Below, piece after piece: positions 48,420 through 57,002 of a stretch of DNA of 61,427 nt. Below the pieces are notes generated by a model that was not told where the DNA came from, made no database searches, and worked only from the letters and a program-made list of their open reading frames with translations. The stretch is taken from positions 1 to 61,427 of the IMG/VR virus record IMGVR_UViG_3300029179_000001; one strand, 5' to 3'. This stretch comes from a virus. Lineage: Duplodnaviria > Caudoviricetes. A program made the translations under genes and the position numbers. Each line of letters opens with the position of its first letter. Positions within the stretch are counted from its first letter, which is position 1.

Positions 48420-48646
48420 TGGATAAGGAGCCTATCCTTCAATTCTTTGCATGGAATCACCTTCCACTACCCCTCCGAGAAATCTCCATGCAATTCCAAG
48501 TTGTTGCGAATCAGCTTATCACTTCCCTTCCCCGTAACCCAGAACGCACTGTTGCGCTTCGAAAGCTTCTGGAGGCGAAGGATGCAGCAGTCCGTGCACG
48601 CCTCTACAAGGACCCAAATGCCCCAGAACACTCCAATTCCGCATAA
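48419..48646 (+). CDS. Small helical-hairpin protein, possibly Acb2/Tad1-like
   Basis: QFF...HLP..L...S..F...PE..VALRKLLEAKD..VRA. Confidence 0.5.
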   Translation: MDKEPILQFFAWNHLPLPLREISMQFQVVANQLITSLPRNPERTVALRKLLEAKDAAVRARLYKDPNAPEHSNSA

Positions 48647-48809
48647 CGCGGGATAGCGATGGCGAGCCGCTCGCTCGCTAGGTTTTGTAACACAGGACAC
48701 TGAAACGCAATAATATCGAAAGCCCCTAATGTAACTGGGGCCTCCAGCTGATAGGCCCCTCCCGCTTCCCCAAATCTATGCGGGAGGGGTTCTCGAAAAG
48801 GACCAACCA

Positions 48810-49064
48810 ATGAGAATAGCCCTTCTACATGTTGAACAACTGCTGGCCTACTACAAGCGGGGATCGAAACCCCGCTGCGAGGCTGAAATCTCTTATTCTG
48901 GAAAGATGTACCGGGATATGAGAAAACGCGATTACCGTTGCGAGCGCCAAGCCAAATACTGCATCAATGGAAATCACTATTGCTCAACTCACGCAGGTCA
49001 TATCGCACTCGAACACCTCATCAAGGTCTACAAGGAAGATAATCCCAATGAGCACGCTGGCTAA
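48810..49064 (+). CDS. Cys/His Zn-binding hypothetical protein
   Basis: RCEA, RC.R.A, YC..HA; AAAGGACCA RBS. Confidence 0.55.
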   Translation: MRIALLHVEQLLAYYKRGSKPRCEAEISYSGKMYRDMRKRDYRCERQAKYCINGNHYCSTHAGHIALEHLIKVYKEDNPNEHAG

Positions 49065-49311
49065 CCGTAACTCCTTGCGGTTCAAGGGGTTCAATGTTGG
49101 CGAGGCCAACATGATTGATGCGATCCTCTATGTTGGCGAGGCAATCAATCGTCTTGCGGATGCAGTTGAAAAGATGCCATCAGAAGGGTCCATCGAAGAA
49201 ACCCCCGCCAAGGGGTTTCTCGCAAAAGCGTTCGAGGAAACGGGCGCAGAGATTTTAGCTTCAACGCAATTTCATATTGCGGAGCTCATCAACAAGGAAG
49301 GGCAAAAATGA
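49048..49311 (+). CDS. Hypothetical protein
   Basis: RBS present; ATGA coupling to the next gene. Confidence 0.5.
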   Translation: MSTLANRNSLRFKGFNVGEANMIDAILYVGEAINRLADAVEKMPSEGSIEETPAKGFLAKAFEETGAEILASTQFHIAELINKEGQK

Positions 49312-50291
49312 AAGTTTCAATCATTGGTGCAGGGATGGCTGGCCTTCTAGCAGCCAACATGTTGAGCCGTTACAAGCCATGTGTTTTTGAGAAACAACCC
49401 ACCCTTCCAAACAATCACTCCGCAGTCCTTCGCTTCCGCTCGCCTATTGTTGGGGATGTCCTAGGCATTCCATTCAAGAAGGTAACAATGATCAAGACGG
49501 TTTTGCCTTGGACCAATCCTGTTGCGGATGCGCTTGCATACTCATTCAAGAACACAGGACAATATTCGAGTGATCGCAGCGTAGTGTCTTCCTCATTTGT
49601 GCGTGAAGACCGTTACATTGCACCTCAAAACCTAATATCCCAGATGTATCAAATGATTCCGGGAGAACAGTTTCGTTTTGGAGAAAGTTATTTCGATCCC
49701 CAGGAAGATTTGATTGGCCCAAGCAAAGATGCCAAGAGGCAAGGCATCGCGATCATTTCAACGATGCCAATGCCGATGCTAATGAACGCTCTCAACTATA
49801 AGGGCCAAGGTTCTTCTCCATTTATTTTCCCGTCTCAAAGAGGAGTAAATGTAAAGGTGAAGCTGTATGCAACAGATGCCTATGTGAGTTTGTACATCAC
49901 TAATCCTGAATATCCAATGAGCCGCATATCGATTACGGGAAATGAAATGATCATCGAGTTTCCCGGAATGACAAAGGAACAAGCAACCCCAGCATTGATA
50001 CAGAAGATGATCGATCAATCATTCTTGTTCCTAGGAATGAGTTATGAGGCTTCAGCTAAGGATGGAAGCTTTCAAATTTATGATCAAATGTATCACAAGA
50101 TACTCCCCATCAGCGATGTTGTGCGGAAGGACTTCATGAGTTGGGCAACACGTGAGTTCAATATCTATAGTCTTGGACGTTTTGCTACGTGGCGCCCTTC
50201 GTTGTTGCTGGATGATCTTGTTCAAGATGTCCGGCTCATCGAACGTTGGTTCAATGGTAGTAGCTTGTATGAGATTAACAGGAGGAAGTGA
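49308..50291 (+). CDS. FAD-dependent oxidoreductase (UDP-galactopyranose mutase-like fold)
   Basis: IIGAGMAGL...VFEK Rossmann motif; C-terminal YSLGRFATWRP. Confidence 0.8.
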   Translation: MKVSIIGAGMAGLLAANMLSRYKPCVFEKQPTLPNNHSAVLRFRSPIVGDVLGIPFKKVTMIKTVLPWTNPVADALAYSFKNTGQYSSDRSVVSSSFVREDRYIAPQNLISQMYQMIPGEQFRFGESYFDPQEDLIGPSKDAKRQGIAIISTMPMPMLMNALNYKGQGSSPFIFPSQRGVNVKVKLYATDAYVSLYITNPEYPMSRISITGNEMIIEFPGMTKEQATPALIQKMIDQSFLFLGMSYEASAKDGSFQIYDQMYHKILPISDVVRKDFMSWATREFNIYSLGRFATWRPSLLLDDLVQDVRLIERWFNGSSLYEINRRK

Positions 50292-50292
50292 A

Positions 50293-50757
50293 ATGAGCGA
50301 TGAACCTTGCCGTCAATTATCGAACCTGGCAACTGTGAATGGAGAATGCATTCGCTGTGGTGCTTATGCTGGAGAAGCTTGCCGGGACAATTTGCCCAAG
50401 CCACCAAAGTCCGTTCGTTCTTCCCTCAACAAACCTTCAGGGTTCACTCGCTTTTCCCTCGACAAGACCCCACGCCACCGTCAGCCACCCAATAAGGCAG
50501 ATGGTAAGCTGTTGTTGTCTTCTCCCCCGCGTGTAACGAGGGATGAAGCCCTTGAGCTGATGGTTCATCATCTTCAACTCGCAGCAATGTATTATGAAGC
50601 CACCAGCCATGATGAGTCAGCTGTTGCTATAGAAGTGAACCGGATTATGTCGGAGGATGTTATTGGCTTCGATCCGCCCGGAAAGCTTGCGGCTCAAGCT
50701 TGGCTTCGCTCAATGAACGATACATATGGGAGTTACAAGAATGTTGAAGAAGATTGA
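50293..50757 (+). CDS. Hypothetical protein with N-terminal Cys finger
   Basis: CIRCGA..GEAC; GGAGG RBS. Confidence 0.55.
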   Translation: MSDEPCRQLSNLATVNGECIRCGAYAGEACRDNLPKPPKSVRSSLNKPSGFTRFSLDKTPRHRQPPNKADGKLLLSSPPRVTRDEALELMVHHLQLAAMYYEATSHDESAVAIEVNRIMSEDVIGFDPPGKLAAQAWLRSMNDTYGSYKNVEED

Positions 50758-50971
50758 AGCTGTCCATCAATCCGTTGGTATCCGTATCCGCATGATCCGC
50801 GAAGCTCTAGGATTGAATCAGGGTGATCTATCTAAGCGGGTTGGTCTTGATAGAACATCCATCACAAACATCGAATCAGGAAGACAGCGGCTCCTGCTTC
50901 ACAACATTGAAGCTTTCGCTTTGGCGCTTGGAACGACACCTAAGAACTTGATGAAAGGAATATGGTGGTAA
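50741..50971 (+). CDS. XRE-family HTH transcriptional regulator
   Basis: RIRMIRE..GL.Q..L...VG..R.SI.NIE.G. Confidence 0.85.
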   Translation: MLKKIEAVHQSVGIRIRMIREALGLNQGDLSKRVGLDRTSITNIESGRQRLLLHNIEAFALALGTTPKNLMKGIWW

Positions 50972-50972
50972 G

Positions 50973-51155
50973 ATGAAGCTGACTTGGATGGAATGTAATT
51001 GTGGTTCTCCTATTTGCGACCGCAAGTGGCCATTGGAAATTGGAACCTATTATCAAGGCTCTGGTTTCAGCAATCTTGAACGGGAGGTCATGGACAAGGC
51101 TTTCTCTTCAATGACTAAAGAGCAATTCCATAAGATATTGGACAAAACAATATGA
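50973..51155 (+). CDS. Hypothetical protein
   Basis: CNCG.P.C motif; coupled to the next gene. Confidence 0.5.
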   Translation: MKLTWMECNCGSPICDRKWPLEIGTYYQGSGFSNLEREVMDKAFSSMTKEQFHKILDKTI

Positions 51156-51484
51156 TGAAGGATCGAGTGGACAGGCAAATCAAAGCCGCGCAACAATTCT
51201 CTCTTTTGTTTGGGGAGGAGAAGCTGAACAATGATCGCATTCAGGTGATGCGCTTCATTAAGGAAGCCCTGCGCCTTGTTCATTCTATGAATATCTCACG
51301 GGCGAAACTGAATGAGATGTTCGAAACCGTCTATCATCAAAAGCGATTTAGTACAAAGCAACAAGTCGGCAAAGTTGGGCTATCGCTCCTAACGCTCGGA
51401 CATTCTCTAGGCCTGAATGTAGATGACCTAGAGGAGTTTGAGCTAGGGAAGATGATTGAAAAGGGGAGAGACGCTAGTGATTGA
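51152..51484 (+). CDS. MazG-like all-alpha protein, degenerate paralog
   Basis: Aligns by eye to 51477-51851 (RFIKEA/RFIEEA), but acidic residues are lost. Confidence 0.55.
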   Translation: MMKDRVDRQIKAAQQFSLLFGEEKLNNDRIQVMRFIKEALRLVHSMNISRAKLNEMFETVYHQKRFSTKQQVGKVGLSLLTLGHSLGLNVDDLEEFELGKMIEKGRDASD

Positions 51485-51851
51485 ACCTAAATCAAGAATG
51501 ATTGACCGTCAGCAGCGTCAGCGTGCTGTTGCTGAATGGGTTGAGGAAACCTTCGGAAAGGATCAAGCAAAAAGCCAGCGCATTCGTTGCTTGCGCTTTA
51601 TTGAGGAAGCCTTTGAACTGGTTCAATCCCTCAATCTATCGAAGCACGAATGCATCAAGGTTGCTAATGCAGTCTACAAGCGCAAGAGCGGAGCGCCAAT
51701 TCAAGAGCTAGGGGGAGTTGGGATAACTCTTTTGGCACTTGCTGATTCGATTGGGCACGATGCAGATTGTGCTGAGTCAATGGAACTCAACCGCGTCCTA
51801 TCTAAGGACAAGGCCCACTTCCAAAAACGCAACGCAGAGAAAATCAAGTAA
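51477..51851 (+). CDS. MazG-like nucleotide pyrophosphohydrolase
   Basis: W...TFG, RFIEEAFEL, QELGGV. Confidence 0.65.
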   Translation: MIEPKSRMIDRQQRQRAVAEWVEETFGKDQAKSQRIRCLRFIEEAFELVQSLNLSKHECIKVANAVYKRKSGAPIQELGGVGITLLALADSIGHDADCAESMELNRVLSKDKAHFQKRNAEKIK

Positions 51852-51863
51852 CAGGAGCTCATC

Positions 51864-52166
51864 ATGCTAGAGTTTTCGGCCAAGTCCATCCTCATCATCC
51901 CCGAACAACAAGTCAAGGAAATGTTCGAGCAAACGATGAAAGGCGCAACACAACACGCTGGCGATGCTGCGAGCGTTGCCAAGCTTTTAACTCGGATAAA
52001 CACTCAGCAAGTTCCCTTCATGTTGCTAGGGGTTCCAGGGCAATCCTACATTGTCGCAAACCTTCGCATGGCAGCTGGCCTTCCTCCTGGACAATTGATT
52101 CAAATGATGAATCAATCTCAAGGTGTAAAGCCACCTTTCAACCCAATCATCAATGGGAGCAACTAA
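51864..52166 (+). CDS. Hypothetical protein
   Basis: AGGAG RBS. Confidence 0.55.
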   Translation: MLEFSAKSILIIPEQQVKEMFEQTMKGATQHAGDAASVAKLLTRINTQQVPFMLLGVPGQSYIVANLRMAAGLPPGQLIQMMNQSQGVKPPFNPIINGSN

Positions 52167-52920
52167 CATGAGAGTGTCTCTTATTGATTACACTGGCGCC
52201 GGTCACCCGGATAAGTTGTATGCTGCGAAGCTTCTTTGCTACACGAAGGACACTCGCCTAGAGCAAGGTTCAGATAGCTTCGAAAAGACTATGCTTATGA
52301 GCGAGGCTGAAACGCTGGAGAAACTCAAATACATCGCCAACACGATCCGTTCATCATGGGAGTTTGTTGATTACACATTCCAGATTGTTGGGGTTACACG
52401 TGCCTTTACCCATCAATTCGTCCGTACAAGGACAGGCAGCTATGCACAACAATCACAGCGCAGCGTTGACATGTCCGGCTTTACAGATGTTAAGCCTGTC
52501 TCTGTTTTGAATAACAGCGAGGCTTCTGCTTGCTGGGACAATGCTATGAAATTCATTGACCTGGCATATAGGGACTTAAGAAAGAACGGGATTGAGGCTG
52601 AAGATGCACGTGGCCTTCTCCCAACGAATATTAGCACCAACATCATTGCTAAGTTCAACTTACGGACCCTCGCAGATTTAGCAGGAAAGCGCGACAACCT
52701 ACGGGCTCAAGGCGAGTACACTTCAGTGTACAAGAAGATGGCTGAGTGTGTAATGCACGTTATGCCTTGGACAAGGGATTTTCTTTACCCAGAACGGACG
52801 GCAACCCCTATGCTAGATACCATTCTCAAGGAAGCGCTCGGAAGCGCAACGCCATTCAGCAAGCCAAGAATCAATGATGCACTCAAGGAGTTAGACCGTC
52901 TCAAGGGAGCTTGGGGTTGA
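52153..52920 (+). CDS. thyX: Flavin-dependent thymidylate synthase-like protein (variant)
   Basis: RAFTHQFVRTR(x7)S, EDARGLLP, NLRTL, R....AQGE. Confidence 0.85.
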   Translation: MGATNMRVSLIDYTGAGHPDKLYAAKLLCYTKDTRLEQGSDSFEKTMLMSEAETLEKLKYIANTIRSSWEFVDYTFQIVGVTRAFTHQFVRTRTGSYAQQSQRSVDMSGFTDVKPVSVLNNSEASACWDNAMKFIDLAYRDLRKNGIEAEDARGLLPTNISTNIIAKFNLRTLADLAGKRDNLRAQGEYTSVYKKMAECVMHVMPWTRDFLYPERTATPMLDTILKEALGSATPFSKPRINDALKELDRLKGAWG

Positions 52921-53044
52921 TGGACCTGTCCTTTCACTTTCCGTTCGACTATCCATTCAGTGAGTTTCTAGCAACTCTCTTTTGGGTAGGATTGTTCTGT
53001 TACATTTTTGTGTACTTTTTTTCAGCATGGATAAAGGGGAAAGA

Positions 53045-53269
53045 ATGAGCCAGACATTCTCAAAACGCCAATCGTTCTTTAAGCAGGCACTCAAGGACAA
53101 TGTTTCTCAATTTGCCTTGCGGCATTCTGCTTCACTTGACAAGATGTCTGGGAGTGCTTGCGAGAATTGCGGCCGCAAATTCTATAACCCGGATGACCCT
53201 CTATCAAAGCCTTTCGGGCGTTTGTGTACTGCTTGTTACAAATTTGCAACAATGGAGAAGCTTATATGA
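53045..53269 (+). CDS. Zn-finger hypothetical protein
   Basis: CENC...CTAC. Confidence 0.55.
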   Translation: MSQTFSKRQSFFKQALKDNVSQFALRHSASLDKMSGSACENCGRKFYNPDDPLSKPFGRLCTACYKFATMEKLI

Positions 53270-53865
53270 TCCTTGTTGCTCCTTTCTTTCCTTCCCGGAA
53301 AAAGTGCCTTGCTTACTGTGGGGATGATCTTTGCGATTGTGCCCATTTCCCTCGCTACAAACCCTTTCAATGGAGACAAATGATGACCGCCCCTCATACA
53401 ACCTACAAAGTCCTCAACGACATCGCCAAGGAACGCGAATGCCAGATTGATGTTGAAGGCTTCGATCCCAATCAAGATGACAATCGTACTGATAGAAGCC
53501 TTGCAATTGCAGCGGCGGCTTATATCGATTGCGCTAGCTGGTCCACGGAGAAGCGTGAAAGGCGGAAAGAGTTCAATCAACCTCCATCATGGTGGCCATT
53601 CGATAAGAAGTGGTGGAAGACAACTGACCGGCGGCGCGATTTAATTAAGGGGATTGCGCTTGCTGTTGCTGAGGTGGAACGGTTGGATAGGATCGTGAGC
53701 AAGGGCGGAGAAATCGATGAAGAAAGTCAATCCAAGACGGCGCAAGGCAATCTTCAAAAAGAAGCAAATGGCGAAGGGGAAACCCAGCAAGATGGACTTT
53801 CGCAACGCGAAGCTGATAAAGGCGGAGAAGCTGATAAAGGCGGAGAAACTGATAAGCATCATTGA
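53266..53865 (+). CDS. Conserved phage protein (Ead/Ea22-associated domain; alternative start 53380)
   Basis: ER..QI..EG.....DD, WPF...WWK, RRDLIK..AL..AE.ERLDR. Confidence 0.65.
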   Translation: MILVAPFFPSRKKCLAYCGDDLCDCAHFPRYKPFQWRQMMTAPHTTYKVLNDIAKERECQIDVEGFDPNQDDNRTDRSLAIAAAAYIDCASWSTEKRERRKEFNQPPSWWPFDKKWWKTTDRRRDLIKGIALAVAEVERLDRIVSKGGEIDEESQSKTAQGNLQKEANGEGETQQDGLSQREADKGGEADKGGETDKHH

Positions 53866-53932
53866 CCTAAAAGCCAACAAGCCTCATCCGCCACACTCAT
53901 ACATCTACACAATGGAGACAGAAGATGACTAA
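53717..53932 (+). CDS. Basic hypothetical protein
   Basis: GGAG RBS; overlaps both neighbours. Confidence 0.4.
   Translation: MKKVNPRRRKAIFKKKQMAKGKPSKMDFRNAKLIKAEKLIKAEKLISIIDLKANKPHPPHSYIYTMETEDD
53809..53855. repeat. 18-bp tandem repeat, ~2.6 copies
   Basis: GAAGCTGATAAAGGCGGA twice, then GAAACTGATAA. Confidence 0.85.
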
Positions 53933-54623
53933 CATTCAGACAGTTCTCGTTACGGGCGGCGCGGGAACACTCGGCAGCTACATTGCCAATCGTCTTGCCG
54001 ACACTTACGGATATAATGTTGTGACGCTCGATGTGCCTGGAACGGATGCTGACATCCAAGTTAATTTGAAAGACAAAGGAAAATGGATTGATGAACTTGG
54101 CAAAGAACAAATTGACGCCGTCGTTCACGTTGCCGGCCTAAACAAGATCGCTCCTCACAAGGATGTTGATGGGGACTTGCTTTCTGAGTTGATGTATGTG
54201 AACTGTTACTCTCAATTCTATCTCAACCGTTTCCTGATGGGCAATAGTCTTTCTCCATTACAACTTGCCCTTCATATTGTCAGTGATGCGGCTCTTCAAC
54301 CGTTCACACACTCCCTAGCCTACAATCTATCGAAGGCAGCACAGCTCATGCTTGTGCGCCAGATGGCTCATGAGATCAAGCCCCAAGAATGTGTTATCTT
54401 TTCCGTATCGCCGGGGAAGATTGCGAACACAGGAATCAGCAATTACATTGACAAGGCGTTCCCTCCCCTTCGTGGCATGACGTTTAAGGAGGGCCGCGCC
54501 TATCAATTGTCGCGCCTTCGAACGGGAGAAATGGAAGTGGGATTGACTGCTGACTTTATCTGCGGGCTATTTCACAGCGCATCTGTTCACAATCATGGTC
54601 ACAACTATGTAATAGGGGGCTAA
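53925..54623 (+). CDS. Short-chain dehydrogenase/reductase
   Basis: TGGAGTLG, VH.AG, catalytic Ser (IVS), YNLSK, VSPG. Confidence 0.88.
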   Translation: MTNIQTVLVTGGAGTLGSYIANRLADTYGYNVVTLDVPGTDADIQVNLKDKGKWIDELGKEQIDAVVHVAGLNKIAPHKDVDGDLLSELMYVNCYSQFYLNRFLMGNSLSPLQLALHIVSDAALQPFTHSLAYNLSKAAQLMLVRQMAHEIKPQECVIFSVSPGKIANTGISNYIDKAFPPLRGMTFKEGRAYQLSRLRTGEMEVGLTADFICGLFHSASVHNHGHNYVIGG

Positions 54624-54624
54624 C

Positions 54625-55110
54625 ATGGAACAAGTATCTCTTCACGATAAGATCGAGCAAATTGCCTTTGGATGCTGGAACTTGTATGAGTGGGAATATC
54701 AAGCACAAAAGTGTTCTGTTACAGACAGAGTTGTCTTTGATGGACGTTTCCGCCGCAATAGCTCTGAACCTTGGATCGAGATCAAGGATAAGGTTGGTTA
54801 TCTAGCGTTCGACTACCTGACTGGGCTGGAGCGGGAATATCTTCACTATCCTAATCGAAAGGACACCTTTCACGAGCTCATCCCATTCAACTTTTCCGAG
54901 TTGTACCTGTCTCATTTTGGACAGCATTGTGATGACATCCAGGGTTATATTGAACAGCATGGGGAAACCAATCTCATCATGGATGTCAGAACGAAATCTC
55001 ATACCAATGCATACTTGATCGATAAGAAACGGACCTATCGCTATGTTATCTTCGACAAGCGGGCTGAGTCAGGGTACTTTTGGAAACTCATACAGAGGTT
55101 CGAATCATGA
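54625..55110 (+). CDS. Hypothetical protein
   Basis: Fills the gap between neighbours; ATGA coupling downstream. Confidence 0.55.
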   Translation: MEQVSLHDKIEQIAFGCWNLYEWEYQAQKCSVTDRVVFDGRFRRNSSEPWIEIKDKVGYLAFDYLTGLEREYLHYPNRKDTFHELIPFNFSELYLSHFGQHCDDIQGYIEQHGETNLIMDVRTKSHTNAYLIDKKRTYRYVIFDKRAESGYFWKLIQRFES

Positions 55111-55670
55111 CAGAGACAGTCGGCGAAAGCCTATCAAGGATCGCGGACCAATTTATTGCTAAGTCCAGCGAATACGGCGACAGCTACAAGCAGATGGGGC
55201 CAGTGCTAAAGTCTCTCTTTCCAAACGGCATAGTCCTCAATACAGAAAGGGAGTTCAACCGCTTCTCTCACTTCGTTCAACTGGTCTACAAACTCAATCG
55301 CTATGCTTTCAATTTTGAACAGGGAGGGCACTGCGACAGCATGAATGATCTTGCCATTGGGTCTCAACTCATGAACGAGATTGATTCACATTCAGACAAT
55401 GTTGAACGGGTTTTGAATCGTCTTAAGAATGATCAGCCTCTAACCCTCAACAAGCCTGCCTTTCTGGGTCACGATCTATACAAAACAGGCGATAAGGATT
55501 GCCCAACCAGCATTCTCGACAGCAATGGCGAGGTTGTCTTAGGGCTTTGCCGTAAGTGCGGGAAGGGGGAGAGCGAACTAGAAGCCCCTTGTCCAGTTAC
55601 TGCTATTCCTCCCGCAAAGCCAACAATGCCCCCTGTTTGGGCAGGAGAAGATGAGGATGGCGATCCATGA
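55107..55670 (+). CDS. Nmad1/DUF1599-like protein with C-terminal Cys domain
   Basis: K..EYGDSY, FP.G..L, FNRF, K..RY, GH.DS..D; paralog of 57003-57323. Confidence 0.6.
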   Translation: MTETVGESLSRIADQFIAKSSEYGDSYKQMGPVLKSLFPNGIVLNTEREFNRFSHFVQLVYKLNRYAFNFEQGGHCDSMNDLAIGSQLMNEIDSHSDNVERVLNRLKNDQPLTLNKPAFLGHDLYKTGDKDCPTSILDSNGEVVLGLCRKCGKGESELEAPCPVTAIPPAKPTMPPVWAGEDEDGDP

Positions 55671-55866
55671 ATTGCGGCCACAATCCAAACTTGCTATTGC
55701 TCTTGTCGCTCAATGGAACAAGCCGGGAGTTGCTGACGCTTACCGCAAGTGCCGTTGGTCCTTTGTGGATTGGCCAAATAGTGGAGAAGTTTGGATGTGG
55801 TCTCTTAGTCTTATCCGTTCCCGCTCCTGGAAACGCTCCCCTTACCGCACACCTAGGAATGTGTAA
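55657..55866 (+). CDS. Hypothetical protein
   Basis: RBS present; ends at a CTAG-rich island. Confidence 0.35.
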   Translation: MAIHELRPQSKLAIALVAQWNKPGVADAYRKCRWSFVDWPNSGEVWMWSLSLIRSRSWKRSPYRTPRNV

Positions 55867-55996
55867 TCCCGGAAATCTCCCCGCCCTAGGTCTAGAGGGA
55901 GAAAGCCCTATAGGGAGTGATCCTAGGTGTGTTTTCGAGCCTATCCGGGAGGGATAGGGTAAGAAGGAAGGGAAGCGGAGCGCTATACGAAGCGAA

Positions 55997-56248
55997 GTGA
56001 TACAAGAAAATGCTGAAACGATGCTAGAAAACAGGAACGATGGACTAAGCTTCTTTCGCGGCATCATCAATGCTCTCATTCTTGCCTGCCCATTCTACCT
56101 CGCTTTCTTGTTCTGGGTGTTTGGAGTAGTATCCTATTGGGCTTGGGGCTTTGCTTTGATCATCATTGTTTATTGGGGACACTTGATGGCCAAAGGGATT
56201 AAGATTTGGCGGCAGAAGGAAAGGGAACAAAATGATCGGCACAGATGA
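55997..56248 (+). CDS. Two-TM membrane protein
   Basis: Two hydrophobic helices. Confidence 0.55.
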   Translation: MIQENAETMLENRNDGLSFFRGIINALILACPFYLAFLFWVFGVVSYWAWGFALIIIVYWGHLMAKGIKIWRQKEREQNDRHR

Positions 56249-56555
56249 AAATGGCTTTAAGCAAAAGCCAACAGTTGAAGGATCGCAAACACAAGATGAT
56301 CCCTTGTTGCTTTGCTATTGCGATTTGGCTTGTGAATACTTCGTGAGAAAAAAATCTGACATGTGCGAGGTTTGTGATTGTACGCATCCTTTCACACCTC
56401 AAAATGCTCAGCAAGCCTTAACCTGGCTTCACGAGGAACGGGTCAAGGTTACTCATCAGCTGAATGAGCAAAGGAATATCATTACAAAGCTCAGAAGGGC
56501 TTTCAATGATTTGTTCAAAGTTCTTTCAGACAACAAAGGAGCATTCAATGAATAG
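56232..56555 (+). CDS. Hypothetical Cys-rich / coiled-coil protein
   Basis: C.C...C and C..C.C motifs; RBS. Confidence 0.5.
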   Translation: MIGTDENGFKQKPTVEGSQTQDDPLLLCYCDLACEYFVRKKSDMCEVCDCTHPFTPQNAQQALTWLHEERVKVTHQLNEQRNIITKLRRAFNDLFKVLSDNKGAFNE

Positions 56556-57000
56556 GCGTATTGTTCTGTGCGACATTGACCACGTTATCTCTGATGCGTT
56601 CTGGCGGGACAATATGTTGTCTGGGGCCTCTCCTGACTATGATTCGTATCACTATGCGAGCCGGGAGGATAATCCAAATCCTGCAATTGTCTCCATGCTT
56701 CAAACTCTTTGCTTTGCCGGTAGTTATCACATTGTGGGCCTGACTGCACGGCCTGAGAAATGGCGAAAGCTAACTATGGACTGGATGATTAAGCACTATG
56801 TCCCAATGGATGAGCTTTTTATGCGTCCTATGGATATGCTGTTTGAGCCAACGCCAAAGCTCAAAGCACACCTCATCAAGATCAATTACCCTGAAGGTTT
56901 CAAGAACATTTCGCTGGTCATTGATGATCGCGAGGATGTTTGTGCTGAGCTAAGGGGGATGAATTTGAACGTAATGCAATACACAATGAGGAGGGCTTAA
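56548..57000 (+). CDS. HAD-family phosphatase (PNKP phosphatase-like)
   Basis: CDIDH (DxD), LTARPE, conserved Lys, IDDR. Confidence 0.85.
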   Translation: MNRRIVLCDIDHVISDAFWRDNMLSGASPDYDSYHYASREDNPNPAIVSMLQTLCFAGSYHIVGLTARPEKWRKLTMDWMIKHYVPMDELFMRPMDMLFEPTPKLKAHLIKINYPEGFKNISLVIDDREDVCAELRGMNLNVMQYTMRRA

Positions 57001-57002
57001 CA

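Noticed and set aside
50741-50971. Lysogeny repressor / temperate lifestyle
   Set aside because: It is a lone HTH inside an operon; no integrase, ParA, protelomerase or divergent cI/cro switch was seen.
55097-55106. tRNA T-loop-like GGTTCGAATC
   Set aside because: It lies within coding sequence and no cloverleaf forms around it; no tRNA genes were recognised.
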